A stretch of 64,000 bases of DNA from Antedon mediterranea (Eukaryota > Animalia > Echinodermata), in NCBI RefSeq assembly GCF_964355755.1, contig NC_092674.1, positions 6,386,001 to 6,450,000 on the forward strand, written 5' to 3'. Under the pieces are notes generated by a model. The model made no database searches. It saw nothing but the letters and a program-made list of their open reading frames with translations, and was not told the origin of the DNA. The translations under genes and the position numbers were made by a program. The first letter of the stretch is position 1. Every line of letters begins with the position of its first letter. Shown piece after piece: positions 36,527 through 50,800 of this stretch.

Positions 36527-37590
36527 TGGCCAAATTTCGACTCTTTTAGTTTTCGACATATTTTTTTTCTTCTCAATGTCGATATTTTGCAAAATACATA
36601 TAGTACAGGAACATTTTTCGAAAAATTGTCAAATTTCGACCTTTTTATTTTGTGAAATAACTATATAATTATATCATAATGTGGCATGCGCAGAATCACA
36701 TAACATGTTCTGCGCATGTTACCTCAATAGATTGTGAAAAGTTGATATTTTGTCATTTTTCGAAAAATATCTGTACTATAGTACAGGGAAATGTTCGAAA
36801 ATGGCCAGATTTCAACCCTTTTATTTGTTGACATAACTGGTTACTATATCATAATCTGGCATGCGCAGAATCACATTACATGTTCTGCGCATGTTACCTC
36901 AATAATTGTGAAAAGTCGATATTTTGCAATTTTTTCGAAAAAAATCTCTGTACTATTATAGTAGAGAAATTTTCGAAAAATAGCCAGATTTCAACCGCTT
37001 TATTTTTTGACATAACTGGTTAATATATCAGAATCTGGCATGCGCAGAATCACATAACATGTTCTGTGCATGTTACCTCAATAGAGTGTGAAAAGTCGAT
37101 ATTTTGCCATTTTTCGAAAAAAATCCCTTACTATATATATTACAGAGACATTTTCGAAAATTAGCCAGATTTCAACCCTTTTTTTGTTGACATAACTGGT
37201 TACTATATCATAATGTGGCATGCGCAGACTCACATAATATGTTCTGCGCATGTTACCTCAATACATTTTTAATTGTCGACATTTTGGCAATTTTTAGGAA
37301 AAATCTCTATGTACTATAATAGTACAGGGAAATTTAAAAAAAAATTACCAAATTTCGACCCTTACATAACTGGTTTCTAGAGTATATCATAAATTAACAT
37401 GGCCAGAATCACATAATATGTTCTGCGCATGTTATTTTACTACACTTTAAAATGTCGATATTTTGGCATTTTTCGAAATTGGGTCAAATTTCAATCACTT
37501 TATTTTTTTTAATAACTGGTTAGTATATCATAATGTGGAATGCGCATAATGACATAATACGTTCAGCACATGTTACCTCAATAGATTTGG
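36527..37590. repeat. ~178-bp tandem satellite, ~6 copies, internally palindromic
   Basis: GCATGCGCAG recurs at ~36684, 36859, 37038 and 37218. Confidence 0.92.
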
Positions 37591-40500
37591 AAAAGTAATT
37601 TTAATGACAACACCTATTCAGGGAAACCTCCATAACCCATAAAATTGATGAAAGATTTGATTATCGACTATCTGTAAAATATCTTAAAATCGGGGAAGAA
37701 TGTAATTTCACTCTTCCCTGCTGCTTAAAATATAGGTAGTTGGAATAATATGAGGCGATTATAGGTATAGCTGGACGCATTATTTTTTTTCCTATGAGAT
37801 TAAGGCAGAAATCATGAATAATTCATTAGAATAATTGACATAATATGGGACATTAAAGAGTGCCATATATAACCATAGAGATTAAATAATTTGTGTAAAG
37901 CAGCGTTTGTCAACCGAAATGTTTGGTCTTCGCCTTCGGTTCGAAGTCCTTTTTTTAATAGTTGAGAGAGATTATTTAGAGGGTAAGGTTTAAGTGAAAG
38001 TTGATCAGCTATTTTTCAATTCTTTATATAGAAAATAATTAAGCTAATGAATGGCTTTGACGTCTAGTTACAATTAGATAAGACAAATCTGAGAATCCCA
38101 TTGTTATCCAACATTAACAATTATTGTTATCCCTGTACAGACGTACTAACACGTTTTGGTAATCGGGCAGAGTTCGCGTTCACAGAACGGCCACGATGTG
38201 TCATCCAGTAATTTTTAAAAATTAAACCGTTGATGTTAGAACGGAAGCTTGTCACACACGGTACAATCCACATGTTCGCTACAACGCACCAAAAAGACGT
38301 AGTATAGCCTGTCGTACGGCAATCAATATCAGAAAATGGTTCGCGATACACGGTAGAAAGGTAAGTTAAGTATATTTTAAATATCTCCTAAGCTAGCCAT
38401 ACATAAGCATGGTGAATGTACCGACAACGGTAAATTCACAGACTAGACAGATAGTTTCAATATAAAAAGTTAAATAAGCATTATGTGCTATGTTGTAGGC
38501 ATATATATCGTGAGGACAGGTGTTAGTATTCGCCGTGTATGCCACTCCTTTTCTTAAGACATAAACCTTCAAACATATAAAATCATTACACAGTACCATG
38601 TATTCCGGTGATCCTCCTGTTCATATTTTAATTGAAGGTTATAAACAACGGCAGGAAGGAAACTTGCTTTTAGCTGGGTTTAAGTAGAAGTTTGTCTATT
38701 ATCCAAGAACGGGCCTACATATTGGCAACCGATTCGGTCAAAGGTCCGTATTATCATAATTTGTATATATTACCTAAATGTCTGTCATCATATCTGTTTA
38801 TTGTGCCCTAATTTAATAAGATACCATACAGTCGATAAACAAGATATCGTAGGCCTATTATTAATATCATATTCTGTTAGATCGTACAGATTCATCCTAT
38901 AGTAATGCATCATGGGAGTATTGAATGTACTAGGGTGTATTTCAATAGCTAAATTCGTTAGTATATTGTAGCTAGCCTGTTTTAAGCCTACAACTTACAC
39001 ACGATATAGCAATGGTATATACTGTAGGCCCTACTACATTCTATTCTATATATCAATGTGTTGAAAATCATTAAAGTATTCGCAAATATATGCTATATTT
39101 TATAGCAGTAATTTCACTGTGTAACCAATGTAGGCCTACTTAATTAGTGTCTAGACCCGCGATATCCGGCATCTAACAGTATAACATCATCATCTTTATA
39201 GTAATGGGAATCCATGATAAGATAATTGAAAACTATATAGGCCTATATTCCCCAAGCTTTGTTCGATATTGTTAATTTAATTTCAAGATATTAGCTGGTA
39301 TAGGCTAGGCTATGTCTATAAAAGTCTTATGTAGCACAGTTTGAAAACATATTTGTATCACGGTAAAATAACATAATAATAGGCTATGCTTTTTCCGTGC
39401 AACGCACTTCATAAACGATCGTCGACCTCGAGAAATATCGCATTATTAATGTTAATAGAGCTCCGTAATGCATTCAAATGGCCTGCGTATGTGTAGTACT
39501 GTAACATAAGTTTATATATGATTATGTATGTACAGGTGAAGCAGACGTAAAAATCTACTTATGTCACGTGTCCTCATCCAAGGAATCGATGATGGATCAA
39601 AATGTAAAAGCAGGCAATTTAGCCAAATATTAAACTACACAATACAAACCACCGGGAGATTTGTCTGATAATATTAATTGAATTCAAAATATATACAAAA
39701 AACACATTTCCTTGTACAAGGCCGTTATAGCCTACACATTTTGTTTTGTTTGTTCAATTAGTATTATCAAGTTCTTCCTGTTTTTTTAAATACAATTCAA
39801 TTCATATTTATAATGCGCCGAATTTGTTCTATAAAGATAAGTTCTAAGGCGGAACGCCAGAACCGCCAGCACTCGTAAATTTAAATACAGTATAATAATA
39901 AGGGAGTGAATGAATGAGTTTTATTACATTTTACCGTATGTAGATTAAGTAAGATTAACTATGTTTTTGTCTATTTTGTGCTTGTGCCACTGTTACAAAA
40001 GTGAAGTTTCGAAATAAATTATATATAATGTATAATTATATTATATATGTTTTACCACTACAGGAGGTCTACTATACTTACGACCAACACTATGTAGGTA
40101 CCCGCTCTTACAGAACATGTTGGGTCTAAGTAGTCGATAGTGGTTCAACTGTATTTTAATTTTATATGTACGGTCCATAAGTTATACCGCAGTCGACATA
40201 GTCACTTCCCTTCTAAAAAAGGGAGTGAACTGGCCACTTAAATGATTAACTTCTGTTCAATGCATCTCTCATCCATGACTATTATTATAAGCCAGTAGGC
40301 CTACATTTTATAATTTCATTTCTCTAAGTCTGATTTTTTATCTCCATTGGCCTCTAAGCCTGTTCTTTGCATCTGTTCTTTGTAAGCCCATCTGATGATC
40401 GAAGACATTATCACCAGCACAACGGCTCACTGTAAAAGTAAGTTAAAGTAATAATAAATAATAAATCATCCAAAAATGCATATCTTCAGTGAGAGTTTAC

Positions 40501-40720
40501 ACTGTCTACAAAAATTACATACTATATAAACATGTATTATTAAAATATGTGTTACAAATTATCACAAAACAAATTTTAAATGACGTACAGTAATTGAAAG
40601 TGACCCATTAATAATGAACAACAAAAGAAGTTAATGATTACCTTGTCTGGCTGACTGGTTGATTGATTACTCCGACGATCGATTATGGAGATATTAGAAG
40701 CGGTAGGCTAAAACTATTAA

Positions 40721-40880
40721 TATAAGGGGACATGGGTATTAAGGGGACATCGCTATTAAGGGGACATCGCTATTAAGGGGACATAGCTATTAAGGGGACA
40801 TAGCTATTAGGGGACATAGCTATTAGGGGACATAGCTATTAGGGGACATCGCTATTAAGGGGACATAGCTATTAAAGGAT
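40721..40880. repeat. ~17-bp minisatellite (taaggggacatcgctat)n
   Basis: About 9 tandem units, matching the reverse complement of the subrepeats at 21840-22100. Confidence 0.9.
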
Positions 40881-41054
40881 ACTATACCGTCAAACGAACG
40901 AGGGGAAATAGACCTACATAACCCTATTAAGGGGACGCCCTATGAAGGGACACTCTGTACTACCGGTATAGGCACGTAGCTGAGTTAAATAAAAATGTAA
41001 AATTTATAGCAGAGCCTTTTCTTTTGATCCCTATTAGTGGACATTTTCCCATTA

Positions 41055-41233
41055 AGCGTGGTTCCCACTAGAACGTAACGCAAGGACGTAAACGCAACGC
41101 AAGCGTTTTAATCAATGACAAGCGAAGTTATAGACAGTTAGCAATCACAAGCGAATAAGCCATCGCTTGTGATTGGTCAATTCACTTACGTTGCGTTACG
41201 TCCTTGTGTTGCGTCGCTAATGGGAACCACGCT
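41055..41233. mobile_element. MITE family A copy
   Basis: Inverted copy of 4096-4274 with TSD TTA. Decayed relatives at ~48758-48910 and ~57220-57402. Confidence 0.9.
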
Positions 41234-44200
41234 TTAAGCGAACGAGAGGATATATGTTTTAGAAAAAAAAAATCCAAACACAATTTCTTTTTTCATAGAG
41301 TTTTTAAGCTACGGTTTGGTAAAAAGAAGGATGGATACCCTTAAATAAAAGATTTGTTTATGTTTGTGTTTTATATACTGGTACACTCCCATGTTTGAAC
41401 AATCTGTGCTGTAATTTGTATTATTACAGTTGTCTATCGTTTCAAATATGTAATTATTCCACACGTTCAAGTTACTTAAGTTATTGATCATCATTTACGC
41501 TATTCTAATCCGCATCTTTTTCTTGAATACGATACGCTACTACATTACTCACTCGCCCATTCGATTTCATCTCGGCAACTTAAACGAATTAAACTAACAA
41601 GTCTTCAGGCATAAATATTCATTAATTAAACTTGTACACTATAAATGTTTATGCCGTTTATCAACAACATCTTAACATCCGAATCCAGGAAAGATGCATT
41701 TTAATGACACTAAAACACGTTTAATTCGTCAAACGTTCTATATATTAATTAGTCGCTGTGAATTTATAATGAAATAAAATCAATACTCGGGTGTTATAAG
41801 AACAGATACTCGTCTTCTTTATCATGCGTGACAAGCGTGTATTCATCAAGTGATACGCGCGAGGACCAATGCAAGAAACGGTATCACTCGGAAATTATAC
41901 GCGCGCGAGTATCTTGCGTGTTATGATAAATCGTACTCTTTCATAAAGACCTCATAAAAAAACAAGATAGAAAGAATGATGGAAAATGTATAAAAAAAAA
42001 ACGAATCGGCCATGATGTGTTACATTATTTATACTATTGAAGTATTTTCTCAGCGAGTGTTGACTGCTGTGTAAATGATACCAATTTACGTAAAGAGCAG
42101 CTAATATTGTTACCAAGATTAACATTTATCAGTCAGTAGTTCTCCCTGTTCGGTCATTGCACTTGGAAGTGATTAGTTATGTGTCATGTATTGTTTTGCG
42201 TAAAAGTTGGCTACTGTTGTTGGAACTACTCCGAGTTGGTTCGTATTGAAACTACCGTATGTCTTTCATTAATTTCAATATTGTATTGTTTTCATCTTTA
42301 GGCTAAATGATGTTGATTGAAGGCTATTGTTAATATTTCCGCTATATTATATCCGGCGGAATTGCTATTATAATTATCAATATGGAAATTTACTTATTTT
42401 GCCATTTGTCAAATTCAATAATTGAATTAATTATTCAGAATTTTAAACTGTATAGATGTTAACATGTTTTGTACGCGCACATATAGACGAAAAATATTTT
42501 TTTTACGTCCACATACATACAATGTTAACATCTTTTTTACGCGCGCATACAATATAAAAATATTTACTTTACTTACGCGCACATTACAAACGATGGTAAC
42601 ATATGTTGTACGCGCGTGTACACAACTATGTGGACAGCTTTTTTACGCAGATGTGACTTCATGGAAAGTAAATTGATGATTTTAGTTGTAATTTACAGAC
42701 AGACAATACAACATATAGCATCGTTTATTAGTTATATTTAATAGATACTTGTATCTTAAATAATGATACTAAATATCGCTAAATATTCCTCTTAAATGAT
42801 TATTTCCAAGAAGTCGAATGCAAATATTTTTGCTGACAATGACATAATCTGAGAAGAATTGTTAAATTTTAAAACTCGTTTAACAAACATGTTCAGTGTT
42901 CGCCATAGTTGTTATTATTATTTATACCAGGAGTATTCACGTAAATCACGTGGGCATTCGGACGGCCTTCCCCGTTCGTCGAATCGGTTCCTCGACATAT
43001 TTTGGCAATAGAATCTGGTCCAAGCAATGACTAGTCACAAAGCTCACCATGGTGGTGATTCTTAAGACGTGTAATTAACTACAATAGAAGACGCGTGTAT
43101 AATTAAATTTGTTTGTACGAGGGGAATCCCTACAGATTTGACTGGCAGTGTCACTAATTACGTCGTCATTATTTTGCCTTGCCTTTTCAAGCCAGTCTGA
43201 TTCTGCAGCATATCTTAGTTATCTGTAGGCATTGTCAATCAGAAAAAGACCAACGAAGAAGACAGATCTATATATATAGATCTACACTTTTGAAGTACAA
43301 CACGTCGATACTATGACAGGAATGGGTAAGTATTAAATTAAATCGGTGTAGTATAGACCTACATTTAAAACAATTAATACTCTACAATGTGACAAAATAA
43401 TCAACATTATTTAGAGGCAGTGTGAATGAGGATTTAGTTGAGATGAGGATGCAGGTAATGCGTTTAAACGAACCTAGATGGAAAATGGCATTTCTGACAC
43501 TACACTCCCCGATTTTAAAATTAAATGGTGGTAAAATAGTATTTCATATTTCTAATACGACGTAAAATAGAATAATAATATATTGACACTGCACTTTTTA
43601 TGTGGCAGTGGCATAATTGAACCATGGGCTTATACATTCTAATTATCAGTGGCGCACTTCAAGGTGAGTCCAAAAAAAAAAAATTCAGAAAGGACGAATT
43701 GAAATAACAAAGAAAAAAGACAATGAGGGAAGCAACGCTAATTTATAGGTCCATGATCAAATTATGGAGCTATACTATCAGGGAAGCAACGTTAATGTAT
43801 AGCTCCATGATCAAATTATGCTTTTGTGTTTTAATAAAGCAAATTATAACAGGAAGCGTTTCAGGATACGGTGTACTGACATACAATAAGTCAATGTTGG
43901 CCGTTTCCTAAATGAGTTGTGCAGACTTCACTCCGGTTATTTGGTGCTATTCGTCAGGGATTTAGTTAAAAACAAAAAAGGTTTCTTTTAAATCGTAAAC
44001 AACTTAGCAATTAGTCTCTCTCTCAATATTTCGTATTGTTACTATAGGCATAAATACATTTTTGTTTTACGAATTCATAAATTATTGTTGGTAGGCCTAC
44101 GTGGTTCTGTAGAACAAAGTTAGAAGAATTCAGGAGATTTAGTTTTAAATCGTAAACACCTATGCCGCTAACCGTTTCGCAAACCGATCAAATAACGCCA

Positions 44201-44360
44201 TGATTAGTAAGAGCAATAATATCGTGACGATACAACGATTTTATTTTCATTAAAGTTCATTAGGCCTATTGTTCTTTTTGATCATAACGTCATTTTATTG
44301 AATTTAATTTTTTTTTTCAAAGACAGCTTAAATATCTATCGCCTGTATCCTTACGCCTGT

Positions 44361-44680
44361 AAGGGCGTGTGGCGCAGTGTGTTGGACGTTGGACTACCGA
44401 TCGTCAGACCTAGGTTCGGATCCAACTCTCGCCGCATTGCTTGTATCCGTAGGCAAGATACTTTACTTACGTTGCCTCTCTCCACCCAGGTGTATAAATG
44501 GGTACCCAGTTAGATCTACACACAACTTTGCGCTGGTTACCGGCTGCATTATGGGAGTATGTTTCCATACGTGTTTGATCCCAAAAAAAATACTGGGGTA
44601 ATAATGCTTGTAAAGCGCCTTTGAGCATGATTACTCATGAAAAGGGCGCTATATAAATGTGGTATTATTATTATTATATA
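44361..44680 (+). mobile_element. tRNA-derived CORE-like SINE with L2-type tail
   Basis: A box TGGCGCAGTG, B box GGTTCGGATCC, core GTATCCGTAGGCAAGATACTTTAC...CTCTCCACCCAGGTGTATAAATGGGTACC, tail GTAAAGCGCC...GGCGCTATATAAAT(TAT)n. Confidence 0.85.
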
Positions 44681-46776
44681 GTTCTAGTTTTTTTCGATTT
44701 CTTTTGTTTTTATGTAAGAAAAATGTACGTTTATTTATTTATCGTCGGTCTATATCGTCCTAGTATAAATGGACCTTTACTCTAGGCTATTTCACGATAG
44801 ATAAGAGTTCGGGGGGGGGGGGGGGATATTTGTAAAAGCAGTCATAGGTTCGGGTTATAATACATCTGTACCATTGTTCAAGAACCTCACTAGCCCGCCT
44901 GCCTTCCCGCGATTTTGTTCGTACATTAAGTTGGGAAACCTTTACGTGAAAGAAATATCACAGCCCGCCCGTCCGAGAATCTCTTTACGAACAATTTTCA
45001 TTAAAAATACCACAGTTCTGTCCATGAACTTTGCACAATAACGGATAGGCATAAAATACCGGTTTAGCAACCACTCTTCAACATTACATTATGTGCGGTA
45101 ATAATATAACGACAACGAGGACGGAATGGCGAAGACACTAAGTTCAAACGAGACATGATATGAAAAAAATGATAGTGAAGATTGTATAAAATGGAGATTA
45201 ACAAACAATGATAATGGGTAATGCTGATTATTATTTAATGACGATGATGATGTCATAACGGTAAAGTAAATCTCCTGAATTCTTCTAACTTTGTTCTACA
45301 ATTTCCCAAGTTGGGATGAATAAATTTGTCTTGTATCTTGTATATTTTAGTAGTAATTCAGGCATACAGCCTTGTACGACTCGTGAATAATCTTATATGT
45401 TTTCTTTTTTTTTATTATTAATAATTTTATATTTCATTGTACCAAAAACAGGACCGAGGCAGCGGTAACACACACAAAATAAATATAAAAATCAAATTTT
45501 GCAATTAACAACTCATTGTTATAAGTAATTTAACAATGGTAAATTTATGGTAAATAAAGATATATTAAATTGGCCCCCTGAACAATTTGGTGATTAACCT
45601 TAGACATTAAAAATACAAGAAGGCTATATTATGTTTTTTGCCTACCCTAAGTGTGATGTGCCCAAATATGGTAGTGATATGCCCAAATATAGCAGTGATA
45701 TGACATCATCATGTCCATATTTGGGCACATCACATTGTTTTGTCTATAAAGTTTGATGGTGTAGACAAAACTTCATTTAAGGAATGACTAACTACTATAT
45801 TTTTCTGGCCCTAAGATTTTTTTTTTACTCATATTTATTATTTGTTAATTTCTATGGACTGTCGTTGTTGTGAAATAAAGTATTACAATGACAATAAAGA
45901 CTGGAAGGCTTTAAGGCCAATTTACACAGACGAGCGATACCAGTACAAGGTAAACCGCGTAGCTTGTCCACGTAGAATCTATCTATCTTGAGCGGAAACC
46001 GTCCGTCCGGTTGTGTACGTGTAAATGGTCATAAGTATAATATAATAATATAATAATATAATAATATAATAAGGAATAATATAGGTTCTATAATTTTGAT
46101 TACCGTTACCGCCCGTTTTTGTAAATTGACCCTCTTCCCTGATTGACCTTTATACTTTATTCACCTCCTTTGGAACACCCTTATTGAGTTGACACCACTA
46201 CATATGAGGAAGTGACAATTTATTAAGTTCAAAAGGTGTCCCCTTAATAGGGATTCTACTCTATTTGAAGGATCAGCAGCAATATCTCGCTTATAATATT
46301 GTGTACGGAGAAGCCTATTGATTTTCTGAATTATTTAAACTCAGGTTATGACCGTAAATTGTGCTTCGTATTAAGGGTCTGTTTTTGGTTGATTTGTCTA
46401 GTCAATAATTAATAGCGATATGAATGTTACAACTATTATTGGTTATTCAGCGTTGCTTTGTTTTTAATATTAATGATGAGTTTAACATGTCTGTTTTTAC
46501 TAAATATGCATTAATTATAAATATGAACTTTAATTCAACGTTGTGCGTATATTATTCCAAGGTTTCTTGAGACGAGTTTCACTTAGTATTTGCAACATAT
46601 TTTGTTGTGTTTATCTATGCCATTTTATATTGGCATAGAAGTCAGCGCACGACCGGAACATACCGTAAGAAACAAATAATCAGGAAGATTAAAACAATGT
46701 GACTTCCTTATAAATCCACGAGAAAAAATGGAATGAGTAAAACTGTAATTCTTTTGAAGGCCTCTTGAAATATATG

Positions 46777-47226
46777 CACTGTAAAAAATAAATCGGATTT
46801 TACACCATATTGTCGTGTAAATTTGTTTCCTTCTTGGAGTAGCGTAAACTCTCTTTTTCATTCAATTTTGGTGTAAGTTTTTAAGATTGCGAGTACCCCC
46901 CCCCCCCCTCCCCCAGTGGGAAACTATAACATTCCCTTCTTTTGAGGTAATCTAATAAAGTTACACATTCGGCAAGGATAAAGTACGACGGTTACACTAC
47001 GAAATGGGTAAATTTTCCCCGGGAAAGATTTTCCCCGGGAAAGTTTTCCCCCAAAAACGGGAGAACTGTTAGGCCTATTACCCTCAATTCATAAGTGCGG
47101 AAAGCATGCGGTATGATGACTGTGTCGTGTGGAGCAACTTCATATTTTTAATCATTTTATCTTGCATTATTATAATGCCTATTTTGTATCAGAAAAGCCC
47201 ACTGTTTATTTATATTTTTTACAGTG
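46777..47226. mobile_element. Non-autonomous CACTG-ended DNA element (EnSpm/CACTA-like)
   Basis: CACTGTAAAAAATA...TATTTTTTACAGTG termini with a 2-bp TG duplication. Confidence 0.6.
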
Positions 47227-47862
47227 TGTAATGCATTATACGACCATTGCACATGCACAACATCTTCAGACAATAGGACCTGCACGTTTTTTTTAAATAT
47301 TTAATTAACTACCATCTTCTGTATTATATTTCGTGTCGTTTTTATGGTTTGTTTACTATTGTAGTAAAATATTGCGAGTTCAGAATCTGTTTTAGGCTTT
47401 AGTATATTCTCACTTCTGGCTATTATTTTTTGGTGACTGAATAAATGTTATTATTATTATTATTGAACGTTAAATCGATCAAATACAGTGCCAGTGTGTA
47501 CGCAAGGCGTATACGCATGCGCAGATTAATAGTTTTGTATAAAATTACAGTATTCGTATATTCTTATTCGTTTACCACTCCAAAAGCTTGGTATTGTTAT
47601 TTACACGGCGCGGTATACATATCCCTTGATTTAGTTTGTTCTTTTGTTTTAAAATGAAATCATTCGTGTCTTGTCTGTGACGTAATAATGCAGGCTATTA
47701 GCACGTGGCATTAATTGGTGAGTCCGAGAGTCGCATATTCAACAAACCACGATGACAATGTTTGATTACAAAAGTCAGAACATCTCGGATACATAGCTCA
47801 TTTTAATTTCCTTATTTCTTTCAGAAAGAGGCTCGGCAAAGTTAAGGAACGTTTCAAGAAAA

Positions 47863-50800
47863 ATGCGAATATGTTGCTTTGCATTAATTGTGTGTATTCT
47901 GTGCATTTGTACACACACAATGGCAGAAGCAGAGAACATATTGGTTTTACCGGGAATGGAAACCGGCAGCCACTTTTTATTTATGAAAATCGTCGGCAAT
48001 GCGTTACTTGACCGTGGACATCAAGTCACATTTGTGTTAGGAGAAAGTCATTCTCACGATTTAAACGATGAATTTTCAGTATTGCGTTTTAACACAAATG
48101 TTACCGTAGGAACATGGAAGGCATTTTGGAATAATCTTGCCGTTGCCAATTCAAGAGGAGAGCACATCCATCCGTTATCATTTAATCATTCACAGATGAA
48201 AACACTTGTGTATGACGGTTGTCATTCACTGTTAAGAGATACCAATTTTATGGATAATATAAAATATAACACGCAGATGAATTACAGCGTTATTATAGGC
48301 GATATTTTAAACCCGTGTGCTCCTATTTTATCTCTTTATTTATCAGTTCCTCTAGTTGAGGTTGCTACCGGTTCAATTACAGCGAATCTTGTTCATTTGT
48401 CAACTCATACAGTGAATCCTTATTACTTTCCCCGTGATAATAATGGTCTACCGACTATTGCCCCTTTAAATCTCCACCAGCAAGCCATTCAAAGTACGCG
48501 TATTTTGGTTGCTACGTTACATTATCAGACAGCAGTTTTAACAAATTTCGATCATTTGAAAGCTAATTATAATATCAGGCCAGATATTTCAATTTACACG
48601 GCAATGTCTAGGGCTAAGTTGTGGCTATTCAACGTTGACTTTAGCCTTGAGGTTGCACGTCCATCAATGCCAAATTCAGTTTTTGTTGGTGGGATAACAG
48701 CTACAGACCCACGACCCTTACCAAAGGTACGTACGACGTATTTGCATCATGAATTAAAGCTTGGTTCATTAGAATGCAACGCACGCAGAAGTAATTTGTG
48801 GCGGATTATTCAATCACAAGCGATCATAATTAGCAATGGACAACCTATCCGCCGAACTAACACTTATATCCTTGCGATGCGCGCGCGCGCTTGCACATTG
48901 TATCCTAGAGTAATTCAAATGTGTTATACAGAATAGAAACCCTAATTTTAAACACCCCCTCCTCCAAGATTCAGGACACTACCCATATTGAGGTTACACT
49001 TTCTCATTCAACAACAACAATGAAATATTTAACACACTGTACACATACGGTAACCTCTTCCTTGACATATCCACGATGTAAACATAAACGCTAGTTTTGG
49101 AGTTCTGCAAAAACATGTGCAGTGCCGATTCATTGATTTGTTTATTTTTCCAGAAAATGGAGAAGTTTATGTTGAAATCCGGAAGGCACGGTGTTGTGGT
49201 AGTTTCGCTTGGGTCGTATTTTAACGATATGGACAAGAAGATTTCTGACATATGGGCGTCTGCTTTCGCTCGACTTGACCAGAGGGTTATATGGAGTTAC
49301 TCTGGTAAACCACCAAGTACATTGGGTAATAACACGATGCTAGTTAAGTCTATACCACAGAATGATGTATTAGGTGAGTGTTTTTTAACACGTACATTTG
49401 ATTCTTTCCAATAAAAGGTCCGTTTTTATATTTTCTTTTTCAATATTACCGTATATCATGTAGTCTGTTAAAGGAGCCGATTTCACGACGCTCATTCTGC
49501 TTCAATGATGGCGATACAAAGCGGGGTAAATTATCAATGTTGTGAACAACGATTTATATTTAATAGAAATTTTAAACCCGGAGCCACCCTTTAAGTACAC
49601 CTGTCAAAGTAACTACGAACAAGGTTATCTTCACAAACGCCCACTGGATTTCACTACTTATTATTTTTCTTTTTTAGGACATTACAAGGCAAAAGCGTTT
49701 GTGACGCACGCGGGATTAAACGGTATTTATGAGGCTATCTACCATTCAGTACCAATGGTGTGTATTCCATTCAGCGGGGATCAATTTAACAACGCAAAAC
49801 GCGTCTCAATGCGGAATCTTGGAACGAAAATTGAAGCTCAACATCTAACTTCAGTTATTCTGTATGACGCAATTAAGGAAGTTCTAAGTAATCCTATGTG
49901 AGTATTATATTAGGCCTACATTTATTTTTAGGCCTACATAAGCATCATTAAGGATCGCATAAGAGTACTTAATAGTGCAATTGCAATACGATCGAAAATT
50001 ACTCAAATGCATAACTCCGAAACCGTATATGTAGCCTGCAGGTTTGATATACATAGTTAAGTTCCTTGCTTTTCTGAATAACTGATTGCTTTGGCGGACC
50101 AATTTTCCAAGTTTACAAACAAAGTTAGTGCAGACCAGCTGATTATTCTACACTAACTTTATTAACGTAGCGTAGACCAGTTGAGTAATCTACACTAACT
50201 TAGTTACAAACTTGGAAACGTTTTCCAAAGTTTACTATCGTAGAGTTGTCAAGTTGAGTATTCTACACTAACTTATTTTGCAAACTTGAAAACGTTTTCC
50301 AAAGTTTACTACCGTGATGTAGACCAGTTGAGTATTCTACACTAACTTAATTTACAAAATTGGAAACATTTCCAATGTTTACTACCGAGGTGCAGATCAG
50401 TTTAGTAATCTACACTAACTTAGTTTACAAACTTGGAAACGTTTTGCAAAGTTTACTAACGTACCGTAGTGTAGACCAGTTAAGTAATCTACACTAACTT
50501 AGTCTGAAAACTTGGAAACGTTTTCCAGAGTTTACTACCGTAGTGTAGACCAGGTTAGTAATCTACACTAACTTAGTTTGCAAACTTGGAAACGTGTTAC
50601 GATGCTTACTACCGCCATTAGTGCAGACCAGTTGAGTAGTCTAGGCCTACACTAACTTAGTTTTTGCAGTTAACTGAAGCTTATCAACTGATCTACACTA
50701 GCGAACTATTAGCATTTTATTTTTCATTTCGTGGTAAGCACTACATTAAAGACTTTCATTTTAATTTCTTTCAGATACAAGAAAGAGATAAAATACAGAT

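Noticed and set aside
48727-48936. C-terminal part of the 357-aa ORF as a truncated UGT
   Set aside because: It is read-through into an intron and decayed MITE past the donor at 48726.
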